A stretch of 64,000 bases of DNA, taken from Eutreptiella sp. 'Long Island Sound 2002'. Its lineage: Eukaryota > Protista > Euglenida. Position 1 is the stretch's first letter; each line of letters starts with the position of its first letter. The DNA is taken from assembly GCA_964036045.1 (NCBI GenBank), contig OZ038378.1:162192001-162256000 (forward strand), given 5' to 3'. The notes under the pieces were generated by a model, which saw only the letters and a list, made by a program, of their open reading frames with translations, was not told the origin of the DNA and searched no databases. Below are positions 22,133 to 35,698 of the stretch, in pieces. The position numbers were made by a program, and so were the translations under genes.

Positions 22133-22835
22133 TCAATGATGGCCAGTGTACCAGATAACATGCACATGAACCAACACGGCACATCGTGCTGGGCGACTGC
22201 ACGTTTCTTTGACACAATGCAACACACCATGTGGAATATCTTTGTGCATGGGGTCTCCGCTGCTTACACCTCTGCCTCTGCCGCCTTTGCTGCCTTTGCC
22301 ACCTTTGCCCCGTTTGCTGCCACCATACAAGATCCCCTCGCCGTGGCCCCAATCCTCCCGGACGTGATGTCCGTCCAAAGAACTCCCCGTCATTCATCGT
22401 CTGAATCGCGGCGCTCGCCATCTCTTGCGTCTCGAACTCCACGATGCCATGCCCCTTCTTCACATGGGCACGCATGACTGTTCCGCAGGTGGCAAAATGG
22501 TCCTTCAGGCTCTGCCACGTCACGTCGAAACCGAGATTGCCAACGTAGACACAATTCGACGGCTGCACAAGGCCGACTTTTCCTCTCTTGCGCGTCTTGG
22601 CTCCCTCGTCATGACATACAAAGATGTGGCGGCCATAGAGCACTGTACCATCCAGCTCCGCCACGGCGCGCTCCGCCTCCGCCATTGAGCAGTACGACAC
22701 CAGCGCGCCACGACCGTCTGGCACCCGGAAGCTGCTCACGCTCCGCACTTCCCCAGCCTTTCGCATGTGCTCCAATAACTCCGCCTCCGTTGTACAATAC
22801 GACAAATGCCCGGCGTACACCACCGGCTCAGACAT
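22133..22835 (-). pseudogene. Two-RRM plus RGG RNA-binding protein (Gbp2/GBP1/hnRNP M-like), intronless and frameshifted
   Basis: RRM1 VVYAGHLSYCTTEAELLEHMRKAG; RRM2 CVYVGNLGFDVTWQSLKDHFATCGTVMRAHVKKGHGIVEFETQEMASAAIQTMNDGEFFGR; frameshift at about 22370 into HVREDW...GKGGKGSKGGRGRG. Confidence 0.8.
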
Positions 22836-23654
22836 GGCACTTGATAAAGGAAGTGCGCTCATACAAAATTTGATACTGTGGGACGAAACACAGGGGTCGA
22901 CAAAGGGTGCCACAGCCCCACATCGTGCCAAGAAATGCAGGATGCGGGGATCTGTGGGCGTGCTACATTGAAGGGGAGGGCCGTTGAACACGCCTCGTGT
23001 CTACAGCTACTTTGTTAGGGGAGTAAGAATGATATTTCCTAGCAAAGTCAGGTTGGCCTACCGTGGGTTGCTGGGCGGCTAGCACCCTGCCATCTTCGGT
23101 ATCTTCACTATCGTAAAGGTCGCCCCCCCCTGGGCCAATGCATGGGCTGCAGAGAGACCCCTGGCATCGCTCCCATAGACTGCAGGAGGGCGACATATGT
23201 GAGCATGGGAGTTTCAGTGCGGGGGACGGGTGCACCCAGGGGGAACAGGAAGAACTCCGGGTGTACGCGCATCACCTGCTGCATGCTGGTAACCTACTTG
23301 CGCTTATAAGCCCAGTATATTTGCCGCACCCCTATGCCTCCTTCCTTGGGCGGGGTCCCCAGCATGTGATGGTTCATGGTGGCCTCCATGCCCTTTGGTG
23401 CGCGTTTCGGCTGTAACTTTTAGTGAAGATTTGACAATTTCTAACGTTCTTACGTCAAATTTTAGCGATTTGACTGATTGAACCGCTTACCCTTCCGCGA
23501 AGCCACAGGATTCACACCCTGTGACTTTAATTTTCTATTTTTTTCGGCTCTTAAAGTTTTGTGACCTTCATGGGGAGTATTGCTCCGCCCTAGCCTTTGG
23601 TCAAGACGTTTATTGAATTGCTGTTTATACAACGATGACCGGTTGCATTAGAGC

Positions 23655-23725
23655 GATCGATCATACCCTAGTGGTTAACCATGTGTGCTCTAGGGAGGAG
23701 GTCCTAGGTTCCAACCCCACTACCC
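23655..23725 (+). other. Possible tRNA-derived (SINE-head-like) sequence
   Basis: ctagtggttaac (A-box-like) and ggttccaaccc (B-box-like) at tRNA-like spacing; no clear cloverleaf. Confidence 0.3.
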
Positions 23726-24763
23726 CCAAATTTTTGCCAAATGTTTTCGCTCAATTTTTGAAAAACTTGAGGAATGCCCCTCGATGGGGACTTTGTACAC
23801 GGTACTTTACGCTGTTTTACAAGGTACCAGCAGTGTAACATGCTTCGATGAACTGATGAGAGTGCCATTTGCTGGTATGAGGTATTTTCTAAGGGAATTT
23901 CTTGGGATTTTGAGCCTTTTTCCTTGGTCCTACTAGCTTGATCCACTAGTACTTCAGGGGGGAGTAAGAAAAAGTCACTAACCACGTCTTTTGTGGGGTT
24001 CTTGTTCCAGGCCAAGCCTGCCCTATTCTTTGGGAAGTATTAAAGACTAACATTTCATCACTTTCTATACTCTAAACTTTTGAGTATCTAGGTCTTGAGG
24101 TGGGAGACCACTAGACTTAACCTTTAAGGAAAAAGGCCTGAAGTGCCTACTTTATTTCGGTATATACCTCCATGAAGGAAGATACCTCCGCTCCATTGAC
24201 TGGTAGGGGTGAACTTCCTGGGGGCTAGGGTTATTACCCTAGTTAATTTGAAAAATGTGCCTAATGCTTCAAAAGGGCCCAGGATGGGTGGGCCATGAGG
24301 TGCCCCAAGTGCCGAAGTATTGGGGGACGGACCTTGTGGGGTACTCCCTCCCACTGCACGGTTTCATTGGTGGTGGAGGGGGTCCATTTGTATATTTTTT
24401 TTGGTGCAGTAAACATAGTGTGGAAGCTGCAAAGGTGAGTTCAGGTGGTTCATATAGTATCTTTAAAGCAGGCCTACCCCTCACAAAGAGAGGGGACACT
24501 GCGGTCTCCTGTCGATACTACAGAGCACACCACCTGGCTACGGCCACGCCTTCAAATAGAAGACTCAGTCCACGGGCAGTGATAATGACGCGGCAGGAAT
24601 ACACATGTCTCCTCTCCTTGCTATCATCCTATACACACTGTGACGTGTACGATACCCCATACTGCTAACTATCCTGTTCTAAGGTACCGCAGATACCCTC
24701 CCGTGTCTGCTGTGGCCTTCCCCGTACATGTGTTGTGACGTCACTCCACTTTGTGGGCCCAAA

Positions 24764-24765
<2 letters not shown>

Positions 24766-24806
<41 letters not shown>
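24766..24806. repeat. (TG)n microsatellite
   Basis: About 20 TG units. Other microsatellites: (CA)n ~34148-34177, (GA)n 34493-34534, (TG)n 49619-49689. Confidence 0.95.
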
Positions 24807-24807
<1 letters not shown>

Positions 24808-25611
24808 ATACCCCTTATCCACATGCGATCTAAGCTGAACCTGGGGTGTACGTGTTCCCGTGATCCACATGTGAGGTGTCGCGCCCCTGTTATCTGTTAC
24901 CCTCCCTCAACCACCCTGCAATGTGTCATTTTCCTTGGACCCTCTCCCTCACATGTGAGCAGTCTATGCACGCACCCCCACCCGCATCCCATCTCCCCTG
25001 CTTGGTTGTGACCCGATGCATGGACGCCGTCGCTTGCACTGCTGCACCTGTAGTGTACATAATTTCATAGCGACAGGGTATCTGTAGAAAAAGGCTGAAT
25101 GGCAGAGAGCATTGGTTGGTTCTGATTGGCTCAATGCCCCCGCCATAGGCACTTTTAGCCTTTAATCCAATAAGTGGTGTCTTGTACACTGAGCTTTATT
25201 CCACCATCCGTGATATGGATCTGGCATAATGGGGTGTGTGTGTGGGGGGGGGGGGGGTGTTACACTGCACTTTATGCTAACCCCCCACCCTCGCCCCCAA
25301 GAATAGTCCCCCAAGGACGCTCGACGCCCACCATCCTTGGGAGGGCCACCAAAGGGGAGCAATGGTGCGTTCTGATCGACTAAATGAGGGAGATGCACAC
25401 GTGCACGCACTGTGAAAAGTTTCGATATATGTGTTTTCATGGGCACTGCTTTCCTCCCGCTTCCAAGCTCAAAGGCACCAAGTTATGGTATGGCGTGCTG
25501 CGTTGGGGTGCTTGTTACTAAATGTTACCTTCGCCTGCCTATTCTTGTATGTTGTAGTGTTCTTAAGGGTCATGTTTGTTGTCCCAACTTGGATTTGTCA
25601 TATCTTTGTCC

Positions 25612-25790
25612 TGGGTCACCCGTGGTAGACATGTCTTCTACAATCGCGCGAGTTCAGGTGATCGAGTACCAACAATTGTGTTGGGTTCTTCATTGTAGCC
25701 CGCGGACTTTTTGCGGATCAAATATGAAATTGGTGGCAAAGAAGTTGTCCATGAGGCTGTTGCACTCCACCGCATTGAGTTCCAAATCAT
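25612..25790 (+). pseudogene. Second SH3/Tudor-like domain copy with an in-frame stop
   Basis: WVTRGRHVFYNRASSGDRVPTIVLGSSL*PADFLRIKYEIGGKEVVHEAVALHRIEF aligns with the 9593-9760 product. Confidence 0.5.
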
Positions 25791-26682
25791 GAGCCCCTCC
25801 CCATCAGCCCCATTATCTCCATCACAACGCCATGAGGACAATGTACAACAATTACCTAAGTAATTGCGAAAATCTACCGGGAAGTAACAAAAATCCCCCT
25901 GCAAGGCAGAAAGAAACACTAGGCATCATCCAAAGGCCTCTGGCGACCATCCACAAGCATTTGGGAACCCCCGCCAAAGTGGTTTGCAGTGGGCGTCTTC
26001 ACCGGGTAAAATCTCCACAAACATCAGAAAGGTGCGCGCACCGTGCGACAACACGCTCAATGTTCCCGCCATAAACACATTCAGCCATTAGTCCCTATTG
26101 TTTGCCGCAACCCATTTCATGAGCCCCCATCATGGTTGGGGTGCCCCACTGACTATGAGCACCAAATGATCCCCCCCTAAAGAAACTTTGCAGCGGGGGG
26201 GGGGGGGGGTTGAATTGTGGTTTTGGACGGTGCATTGAGGGAGTGTTAGCGCGCAGGGCGTGCACACGGCAACTTTTTGGGCTATTTCCAATCCCTACCC
26301 CTGTGGGACCCCTCTGATTTTGTCCCCGCGGGTCCTGGGGCGCCAACCCGGCAGCCTATGGGTACCACGTTTGCTTCCTCTACACTTTGGTGCATTTGAA
26401 GGGGTAGTACAATCAAAAGCAACCTAAAGGCATGTCCCTGTGTTCCAACGGCAGCCTCCAAAAGGTGGAAATCACGGGCTCCGAGTACCAAGCCGCGGGA
26501 GCTGCGGTGACAAAAGGACCCTTGCGCATTCTGGCCCGGGTACATCGACAACATGACCGCGTGCCGACAAACGACCCACGCGGGAGTGCTCTTATTGTGA
26601 CGTCCGCCACAAGGTGTGTGGTCACACACAACACAAGCGAGTCATCATGGAGTAGATCCCCAATCACCGTGAAGAGTCCAAG

Positions 26683-27728
26683 GGGGGACATTTGCCCGGC
26701 GCGCTACTTTTCTATTCACTATCCCGACTTCAGCCCCAGATTTACCCTCTCATGGAGAAGCCCCCCAAGTAGACCACATTGCATTGCACACCTTCCCTAC
26801 AAAGCACGTTGCATAATAAAGCAATATCTGTGAAATCAACCACTCCAACTGTCATTTGTAGTGTACTTAACAAACAACATTGGTCCCACAAGTGTGGGTG
26901 TCAATACATTCATTACAATAGTGCTCCTTACACTCATCACAGACTGCGACGGTGGAGCGCCATTGGCAACACAACACACACACTTTTGCCTCATCCTCTG
27001 CCTCATCTTGCGTGGCGGCCGAGTTGCTTTGGTCAGTCCAAACATGAGGCGGGACATGGTTCCATGGTCCGTAGGGGGGGTGACGGACTTGCCTCTGGAT
27101 GCAAAATTGTGTAAAATGCAACAAAATGCAACTCATTGGGGCCGCCACACCAGATGTTCCTAACCAAACCCCAATGCCACAACCGAGCAAACAGCTGCTC
27201 AATGCGTGCCCTGTACCACCCATGCACATCATTGTAACATTGTTGGCGGGTTGTCAAAGTGCCATTCTTTCTTCCAATGAATGGCACAATGACATGAATC
27301 CGGCCTTTCTAAGCACCATCATGGCCCCCAATTTCAAAATCAAAGAAATCACCTCGGGTACGAGAAGGTCCTAGTATCTCAAAGTATGGGTCCCTAACCC
27401 CAACTCGAGGGGCCACACAACAAAGCGTGTTTTCAAAGATTGTCCCGGTTTCCTCAATAGCACCGGAAGGTAGGGGCCCAAAAGAGGGCGGAAATGCTAT
27501 GTCACCCCTGCATTCTCGGGGGTCCACAACAAAGGGGGCAAAATCAGAAGTCAAAACCTACGCTAGGGGTCACCATGATGCTCCTAGTATCTCAAAGTGT
27601 GGGTCTCTAGTACAGCCAGACGCCCAAATAGCTGCACTGCGCTAAGTGAGCCCCCTTAGTGCACCCCCTAAAAGGCCACTCGAGGGGCACAGGTCCAAAA
27701 AGATGCTCGGCGCGCTAACGTTCCCCCC
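26683..27728 (-). mobile_element. PIF/Harbinger-like copy 3 (internally deleted)
   Basis: Same ends as 15253-16761; retains only the 3' transposase half (from the HDGA motif on) and the zinc finger; flanks aag/gag are a one-mismatch TSD at best. Confidence 0.85.
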
Positions 27729-30700
27729 GAGGCCTGTAGTGCTCAGAAACATGAGCAAATCCGGCGCAATGGGGGAGTGGACTTGCTCGCCAAAATGGCC
27801 ACACGGCTACCGGTCCCAGACTACGATCCCATCCGTACGGAGGATATACCAGTCAGTGGCAGTCTGTTCAATGTTGTGCACAGATGGTTTGTTGCTTCAT
27901 TTGGTAGGCAAGGGGCAGCTGTCGGTCTACTCGGGGGCTTCATACGGTAATGGTAAACTCTGGCACTCAATTTGGGAAAGTCATCATAAAAGTAGCGCGT
28001 AGGGTGCGCGAAGGGCAAACCCTCCCCCATTGTGGAGGGCAGGATTGTGGGGGGAACCTCAATGGAGGGGGAGGAAAGAGGGGGGGGGGGTCGGCGTAAA
28101 GGGTCCGGGCCCAGCACACGCCCATGATGGGTACGCTTGAGACTATGTGTCAAGCTGGGGTGTTCCCCACAATGTCCAACATGGCTGAACTTGCACAGCA
28201 CACGATATCCCCTCCTAGGAATAGGAAGGTATCACTGGTCACAAGGCATTCACTCTTCCCACCGTGCTCTTTGAACCTCGACCAAAATGCCCCCACTCAC
28301 CCTCATAAATGTGCCACGTGCGCCACGTCACATGCTTCCCTCTGGAATGGTATCTTCAATCGCAGATGACGTCATGAACATCATCTGAGAGCAACAGAAA
28401 ATCCCGCATACCAATGCAACAAAAATGCCAATAATAAACAAAACTGATGCAAACATCATTTTTGTACAATCCATGAGGAGGAAATTCACACTCAATCACC
28501 AAAGCTGCCAAAGCATTAGTGCGCAGAGTGTTTGAGAGCGTAGGGGGGACAGCAACACAGGGACGGATGGGCTCTAATGATATATACAGCAGCAAAATAG
28601 TCACAGATGTTTGTAGGTTAGTCCTATTATGATTTTACTGAGGCCAACAGCACCATTAGGACACAATGCAACTGGTCAAGCACATCACATGAAATGACGC
28701 ATAAACTTCCAACATTGGGGGTTGAAAATGTTTTTCTAGCAGGGTCAATGTGGAATCAAGGTTAAGGAGAGTAATTTCCGGAAACTGAAATTCTCTTGAC
28801 GCTTGTTTGTTGAAGGGGGGGTGTCACCCTGCAAGGCAAACGCTGAGGAAAGGCGCAGAACTGGGTGTTGGCAGAGTTATTTTCATGCTATGGCACCGAA
28901 AGCCTCATGCCTGGTACAATGTAAAATGAGTCCGCTGAACTTGACACAATGTGTCTGAACAGTGTCTGAATGTGTCTGAATACGTGAATTCTGGAGCAAA
29001 CAGGCAAGACCATCCTTGATGGAAAAAAAATTGCTCCATTCCGCGTCACTGAAAAGCATTGCATGTGATGGTGCATGGTGCATGATGCATGGTGCATGGT
29101 GCATGGCCCATGGTGCAAGGCAACTCGCCCGAGGCCAGTCAAAAACAGCGGTTGGCCAGTCACCTACACCACCGATGGTGGCTGATTGCGATGGGAGTAG
29201 GTGCTGAGTCAAATCTGGTCATTAGCCACGGGCGGGAGGCGATTGAGCACTGCCGGTCGGCCGAGAACTGCGGGTCCAAAGGGCCGCCCTGAAGGACCGC
29301 CCGTAGTGCAGCAAAAGAAGAATCTGGGTCCTCAAGGACGGGCCTGGGGGCAAGGGTTTACTGTGCAGAACACACTGCCCAAAACGGGTCGGGTTAAGGA
29401 AAGCTTTTCAGGTCAAGGGCGCAGCAGAAAACCGTGATCAAATGGTGTCCAGAATTCCAGGCAGAAACCTGATGAACGCTCACAAACTTGTGGAAATGTC
29501 TGTGCATGCGCATGCGCCCAACACAATAGTTGTGCCTCTCCACCGGTCGCAATCCAATACTGTCTCATTGTGGGCAAGAGATCTCAGCTGTGATCCACTT
29601 GGGCCGAGCCCTGGACAGCCAGTAGGTGGTCATCTGCATAGTCAGGGCAAGGGTGGCTGGGAGGCCTGCAGTGCGGCATGGAAAATATTGACAAGGGGTG
29701 GTAAGACAGAACTCCACCTTCCAAATACACAAAGCCGCGAAACATAGCTATGGACAGAGGAGTGTGGAGGCAAGGCCAAACAAGACAGAGGTTAAGCAGG
29801 GTTCCAGACACCCCAGTTTCCCTGCACACGCACACAGCACATGCACTCTGACCCGCCGACTTTGTCTGTCTGTCTGTCTCTCTCGACACCGAAATTACGC
29901 ATGAAAAATCAGACGCACTCAACAGACACTTACTGAGAACCTACGTCACAGAACAAGTCAGAGACAAATCGGGGCGCCAGAGGCTTGGCCCGTCCCAAAA
30001 GGCGAAGGGTGGGTGAGGGAGTTGTGGTTCTGGTTGGGCAGGGACAACTGGGCCTCTGGTTGGTGCTGTTGCAACCGAAAGGAGAAAGAGTCGGGGAGGC
30101 CGGGAGGGGGGGGGGGGGGTTGACATGGGAGGGGACCTGACGCGGGCGGCGGTCCGCGTGGCTTGCCCCGCGACCCACAGAGGGACCCGGCGGGCTGCCG
30201 CTAGACATTCGGGGGGCGTAACGTGATGGGGTGCTCAACGGGGGCGGAGGGCCAAGAGTCGGGGTCCAGCTCCCCAGCGGCTGTCGAGGAGCATAGCATC
30301 GGGGGCCCTGCGATGGAACATCCCTCTGCCCGTTGACATAGAGGCCCACTCCACTGCAAACTGATCAAAACCCCCCGCCCGAACTTTTGGCCGCAGCGCA
30401 TGGTACGCAGGCCCAGAGACTTCAGGCGCCAAGCAGCGCGGCGGGTAAAGCAGCACACATCACCAGCACCACGATGCCCTTCGGCGTGTGTGTGCTCGGT
30501 GCTCTTGTCGAGTGTAGGCGTCGTTTAAAGTGCTGGGCGCTGTTGCAAAAGGGGTGAGCGGGTTGGGACCGGCTAGCGCCGGCTCCCTGGGACCCCTGCT
30601 GCTGTTGGGAGCGAGATGATCCAGGGAACTCTAACGGAGACCCCGACCCCCCACACCCCCAATAACTGGACAACGCCCCTCGTAAGCCCACCCCCCCACC

Positions 30701-33700
30701 CATCCCAACACACAGACCACCACCTCATGACACACTGGGGTGGCCGCTGAGGGTGGCACCGATACCGGCGTGCAATTGCACCCGCTGGCCCCTGCCACCC
30801 CCATCCCCCCCCAAATGGAGCTACAGTCTACAGGGACTGAGTCGCCTACCCGCATGTCGGTGCACATGCGCGGCACAGCCCCACCCAATCGTTCACCCAT
30901 TCCCATGATGAGGGCATGCCATAGGCCCAAGGGGCCATGGCAAGCACCGCTACCAACCGCCTCCAAACAGACACGTCCCAATGACCACCCGCCAGGGAAA
31001 AGCGCTTTGACGCTGTGCAGGAGCAATACAGAACCCTTCCAGGGCGCCGCCGATGCACCACCGGGTGCGTGACAACCCCCCGTTGAGGCTCGGGTACAAT
31101 GGTATTTGGCCACGTGAGCCGGAGGCACACAGCAGTCTAAAGGGTTAGAACCCCCAAAACAGAACTACAATACCCCAAGATACGTCCTTTGGGCGTTCCA
31201 CGATGGCTCACGATGGGGGGTATTCCTCCACTTCGATCCTGTCGCTTTGGATTTGATACCACGTCGTGGACGATCCTCTGCGGTCTCCGGTGATTGGCAA
31301 GGGGCCGGAGACCTTCGCGTCTGATTCGGGTAGCGGGGGCACGCGGGCCCAGGGTTCAGCCGGGGGGGCACAAGGGTTGGGTCTCGGGACCGCAAGGGGA
31401 CGGCCTGCCGCTCAGGCCAAGAGCCGCGAAGGGGGCGTGTCACAAGCCCATATCGGCTCCAAGGAGACGTTTGGATTTTCCCAGGCCAAGATTTTCAGTT
31501 GAAGCTCGGGATCCCTCGGGATCTGGCCGCTGCTTCACAACCGGGATGCCGTGTCATGGCCCTGGCTGAAGAAGCTGTATTATGGCCTCAGTTTTCTTCG
31601 ATGGATGACCGGCCTGATTTTTCTGATGATCCGCTGCGTGACGGTTTACCCCCCGTGATACGACATGCCAATCTGACCGCCAGCCACGCAAAGCAGGTCA
31701 GACTCAAGAAACCCCCTTCCAACGGGTACTGCCACCCCTTCACCCTACAAAATCTGGTGATCGCCGGCCATGTCCCCCGACACATGGATGGGATGCCCCC
31801 AGGGCCATGATCCGTGAGAACATGATCCGTTCGTTTAAAACCCAGAGGTCAACGCGAGGGAACTCTGGTGTTCCGCCTTCGGGTTCTCTTGGCAATGGGG
31901 GTGTATGCATTGCCTGAACTGGAGTCTCGCGGCTGCAGCAGCTTGCGGCGCTTCTGAGAGACGCGTTGTGATGCAGGTGGGAGTGCTGCAGGGAAGGGGA
32001 GGCATGGGTATGGGGGCGTATGAGGGGTGCGGGGCCATGGGGGGTGCAGGTGAATCGGGAGGGGGGAGTGAATGGGGTCGACAACAGGTGGTTCAACCCG
32101 CATGGACGCCCTGCCGGCCCAGGGGACTGTCCGGGTCTGAGCGTCTGTTTGGGCGATTCTGTGGCGTGGAGAACACAAAAAGTGGGGGTTGCGGGTGGGC
32201 TCAGTGCCCCACATACAGCCCGGTCTTGTTTCGGGGCTGTTTCGGGGCATGTCAGGGAGCGAGCAGCCGAGAACGGCGTTTTTATCACGGGCAAGGGGTG
32301 GCACTTCCTGACGGTCAGCTTCTTTAATTCGCTGGGGGGCCATTTTGGGTGAAACACGGCTGTTTTTGGCACATAACCGCGACCCGGGGCCAGTGCCGCA
32401 GGGCACAACCGTTTCGTTCAACTGTCACTGTCGCGGACCGCGAAATTGAATTGTCGCTGTCACTGTCGCTGTCACTGTCGCTGTCGCTGTCACAATTCCT
32501 GTCACTATCACCATCACTTTGACTGTCATTGTTCGTGCCATGCTCATTGCGTCACTGACAGCACAGCTCAGTCTCCCAAGCTACCAATCAATATCGCCAA
32601 CTTAAGCAAAGAAAGTCCCAACAGGCATGAGGCATGGGCCATTTTGGCCATGGCTTTCTTCGTTGCTGTGTTTGTGTCTATGGGAAGGTTGGATGAGGTA
32701 CGTGTTCTTGGTTAGGGCCTCTCAGAAGTGCATTATAAGTGCAATGCAAGTCGGGGTGGCGGGGCTCCACAAAAGCATTCTTTGGCAGACCTCCCCTCAC
32801 CTGCAACGCCACCATGGTGCACGGAGAGACATAAGCAAAATGGACCTTGTCCTTGTCAGCAGTGGGCGCGTAGCTGTCGGGATCAAATTTCACACAGGAC
32901 GACGACAGCCGCTTTCTTGACTTGTCCGGCTGCAACGAACACGAGGCAAATCCTTTACATGCACAGCAACCTCCCCCATTGGGACCGACTAGCCCTGTCA
33001 GACCCAACCCCCTGGCTTGTACCCTCTGGTTTTGTGGGCGTGCAGCTCGAGGGTTGGGCTCTGCCCATCCGCTTGCACACGTATGCCCGGAGCAACGTTA
33101 CACACCTCGTCTCCGCCTGAGGGCGAGGGCATGCACTCGGCTGTTCGTGCCCTCCGAGCTTTGCCCTTGGACTTGCGAGTGATCACAACACTGGAACCTG
33201 GAAAGCAGTGCATCAGGGAGATGGTCGGCTTGAAGCGCACCCATAAACAAGCAAGCAGGGAGCCCCCACCCCCGTCAAGTTTCCGCCCACCACTCACACA
33301 AACAGAAAACAGCCTCACAGCCCCCCCAGTCACGTTGCATGCACTCTCCCCTCCCACCACCGAAACACACCTCCTTCCCCTTTCTCTGCAGGACCTACGC
33401 AGACGACCAACGAACAGTCGAGCCGTTCCTCCAGCCACACTGATGGTCTCTAATCGACACTAACCCTCCCCTCCCATCCAGCAAAGCTCTCTTTGCCTGC
33501 CCTCCTTGTCCTTCCCCATGCTTCTAATCCCTGCAGTGCACTACAAAAAAAAACCACCATCAGACAGAGGGAAACCCAACACAGTGTTCGTCACCACCAA
33601 CATCAGACTACTGCCTGCAGTGAGTCCACTGTTCTGCCACAGGGCAGCAGTTTACCCAGAAGTGCCTTCATGACAGACAGTAGCCCAACAGAGAGAACTA

Positions 33701-34145
33701 CCTTTGCACGGGGCGTTGGGGGGGGGGGGGGTATAGTCCTGGCCCTACATGCCAGAAATAGGCCCAATGGACCCAATCCCAATCCTTGACGTTGACAGCC
33801 AGCCCTGGATGTCACCCAGACCCCGAACGCCAGCCCAATTGAAGATGTCCTACTTGGAATCAGCACGACAAAAGGGATTCGTTGTTGTGGCTGGTATTCG
33901 ATAACATTGCGATTTCGTTGATTCTGATACCCCCCAAACAACTTTTCACCACCTTCAGCACCAGATTGCATCGTGGTGGGTTGGCCTGGTCGCCAGCTAA
34001 ACTCCAAGCCCTGCCTCGGTCGCATGACCATGCGGAGGGGTGGATGTCGGATGTGTGTCAGCATCACTTACAGGCCCATCGACGTCAGCTGCAGCCCGTC
34101 GCACGTGCTCAACAAACCCCATTGCCTCTAGAGAAGCGTAACCGC

Positions 34146-34180
<35 letters not shown>

Positions 34181-34409
34181 GGGAACCGCAAAACAAGAAC
34201 AGAGCAAGAAAAGCGGTTGGAGAAACTCCTCAGGAGCTGCAGAGCAGCCCTGGACGTCTTCCGGTCTGTCAAAGAGTGCACAGCGCATGCGTTGCGTGCC
34301 CCTGCGCCCCGCAACGGGCCTCTCACACGTAGATGACGCAAAGCGACCAAATCAAAGCACCAGAACACAAGCAAAAGCAGGGCAGGCACTGGTCGGAGGT
34401 AGAATCTTC

Positions 34410-34417
34410 TCAGGCCG
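34410..34417 (-). CDS. Coiled-coil gene: putative terminal coding exon (stop)
   Basis: Strong acceptor ttttctttgactgtcag|cg gcc tga, phase 1, compatible with the 34552 donor. Confidence 0.35.
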
Positions 34418-34490
34418 CTGACAGTCAAAGAAAAGTCATGACCATCGGCGACTAGGCGCCTTTAGACACTCAGAAAGACACACGCGCGCG

Positions 34491-34537
<47 letters not shown>

Positions 34538-34551
34538 CTCCCACAATCCAC

Positions 34552-34705
34552 CTGATGTTCTGGATGATGATCTGGACAAACGGGAATTTCTGCCTTCAGC
34601 TGCTGGATCGAGAGAACCCCGAGCGCCACAAGCGGGTGCGTCTGTCGGGTGCACGACGTCAGCCCCGGCTTCCGATTCTGCCCAAAGGCTCAGGCGATTT
34701 TGCTC
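34552..34705 (-). CDS. Coiled-coil gene exon (EQNRLSLWAES...SSRTS)
   Basis: tttttcag|gag ... tca g|gtggat; phase 0 start fits the previous donor. Confidence 0.55.
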
Positions 34706-35698
34706 CTGAAAAACAGGGTTACAGCCACAGGATCCCCTATGCCTACGGCTGCTGGCCATGTGTCAGGCACTGCACCCCATACTGCCACTCAATAATATCC
34801 TCCACACCGGTGAGGGACGGTTCACCACCCTGGAAATCAACGAGCAGAAGAAATGCTGCGACTCCTTCCTCCCCCCCCCCGGCCAAAAAAAAAAGCCAAT
34901 CTGCACAAAAGTGCCAGCCACCGCTGTAGGAGATCAAACAGGGTGCTCTCTCGCCGTCTTGGCAACAGGTAAACTGCTGCCAGGGGAGCGGAGGTCCATG
35001 GGGCAGCAATCACACAAGGGTGGCATTATTGGACTACTGCTGCTTCCCGATAACACATAACTATTTATGTCCAAAGGATGCCAAGCTGAGGTGAGTGACA
35101 ATACATCCCCCCCCCCCACCACCAACCGGCAACCGGCACCAATCGGCAAACCCAGCATGGACTCGGAGTGTGCACCTGGATGCACCTGGTCAACGGCACG
35201 GGCAACAGCCCGTCTCCGGGACAGCCGACCCCGGAGTAGTCAAACAGGACAAGCCATCCAGGGGCTCCGTTGACACCACCAAAACACGTTCGGACCCACG
35301 GAGGGTCAGAATGAGCAGTGGCGAGAGGCCAATAGGCGCCGCCAAAGGCAAACAATCAGATACCGAGGCCTTGTGCCATACCCCCCCACACCACCAAAGA
35401 AATATTGACCCCGTGCCTGTCCCTCCTGCAATCTCTGAGAAACCCAAAGCTTTGCTTACCCACTGGGGAGGGGGCCAGGGCATTGGTTTGCCGTGCACCC
35501 CACCCTCCCACAATGCCCCAACTTCCCACAGTGGGGCACAAATTGAATGACAGGTTGCAGCCGAGGGCTGTGGAGGTTTGTGGGGGGCTGTGGAGGGTCG
35601 CCGACGGTTGTGCAGCTGTTGAAGGTTGTGGAGGGTTGTGGAGGGTTTTTCGGAGCTGTGGGGGTTTGAGGAGGGTGCTTGACGGATGTCAGCCACAC

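Noticed and set aside
28440-28810. Weak resemblance to a hAT dimerisation region on the minus strand
   Set aside because: Fragments are in different frames and lack the ER.FS motif; too weak to call.
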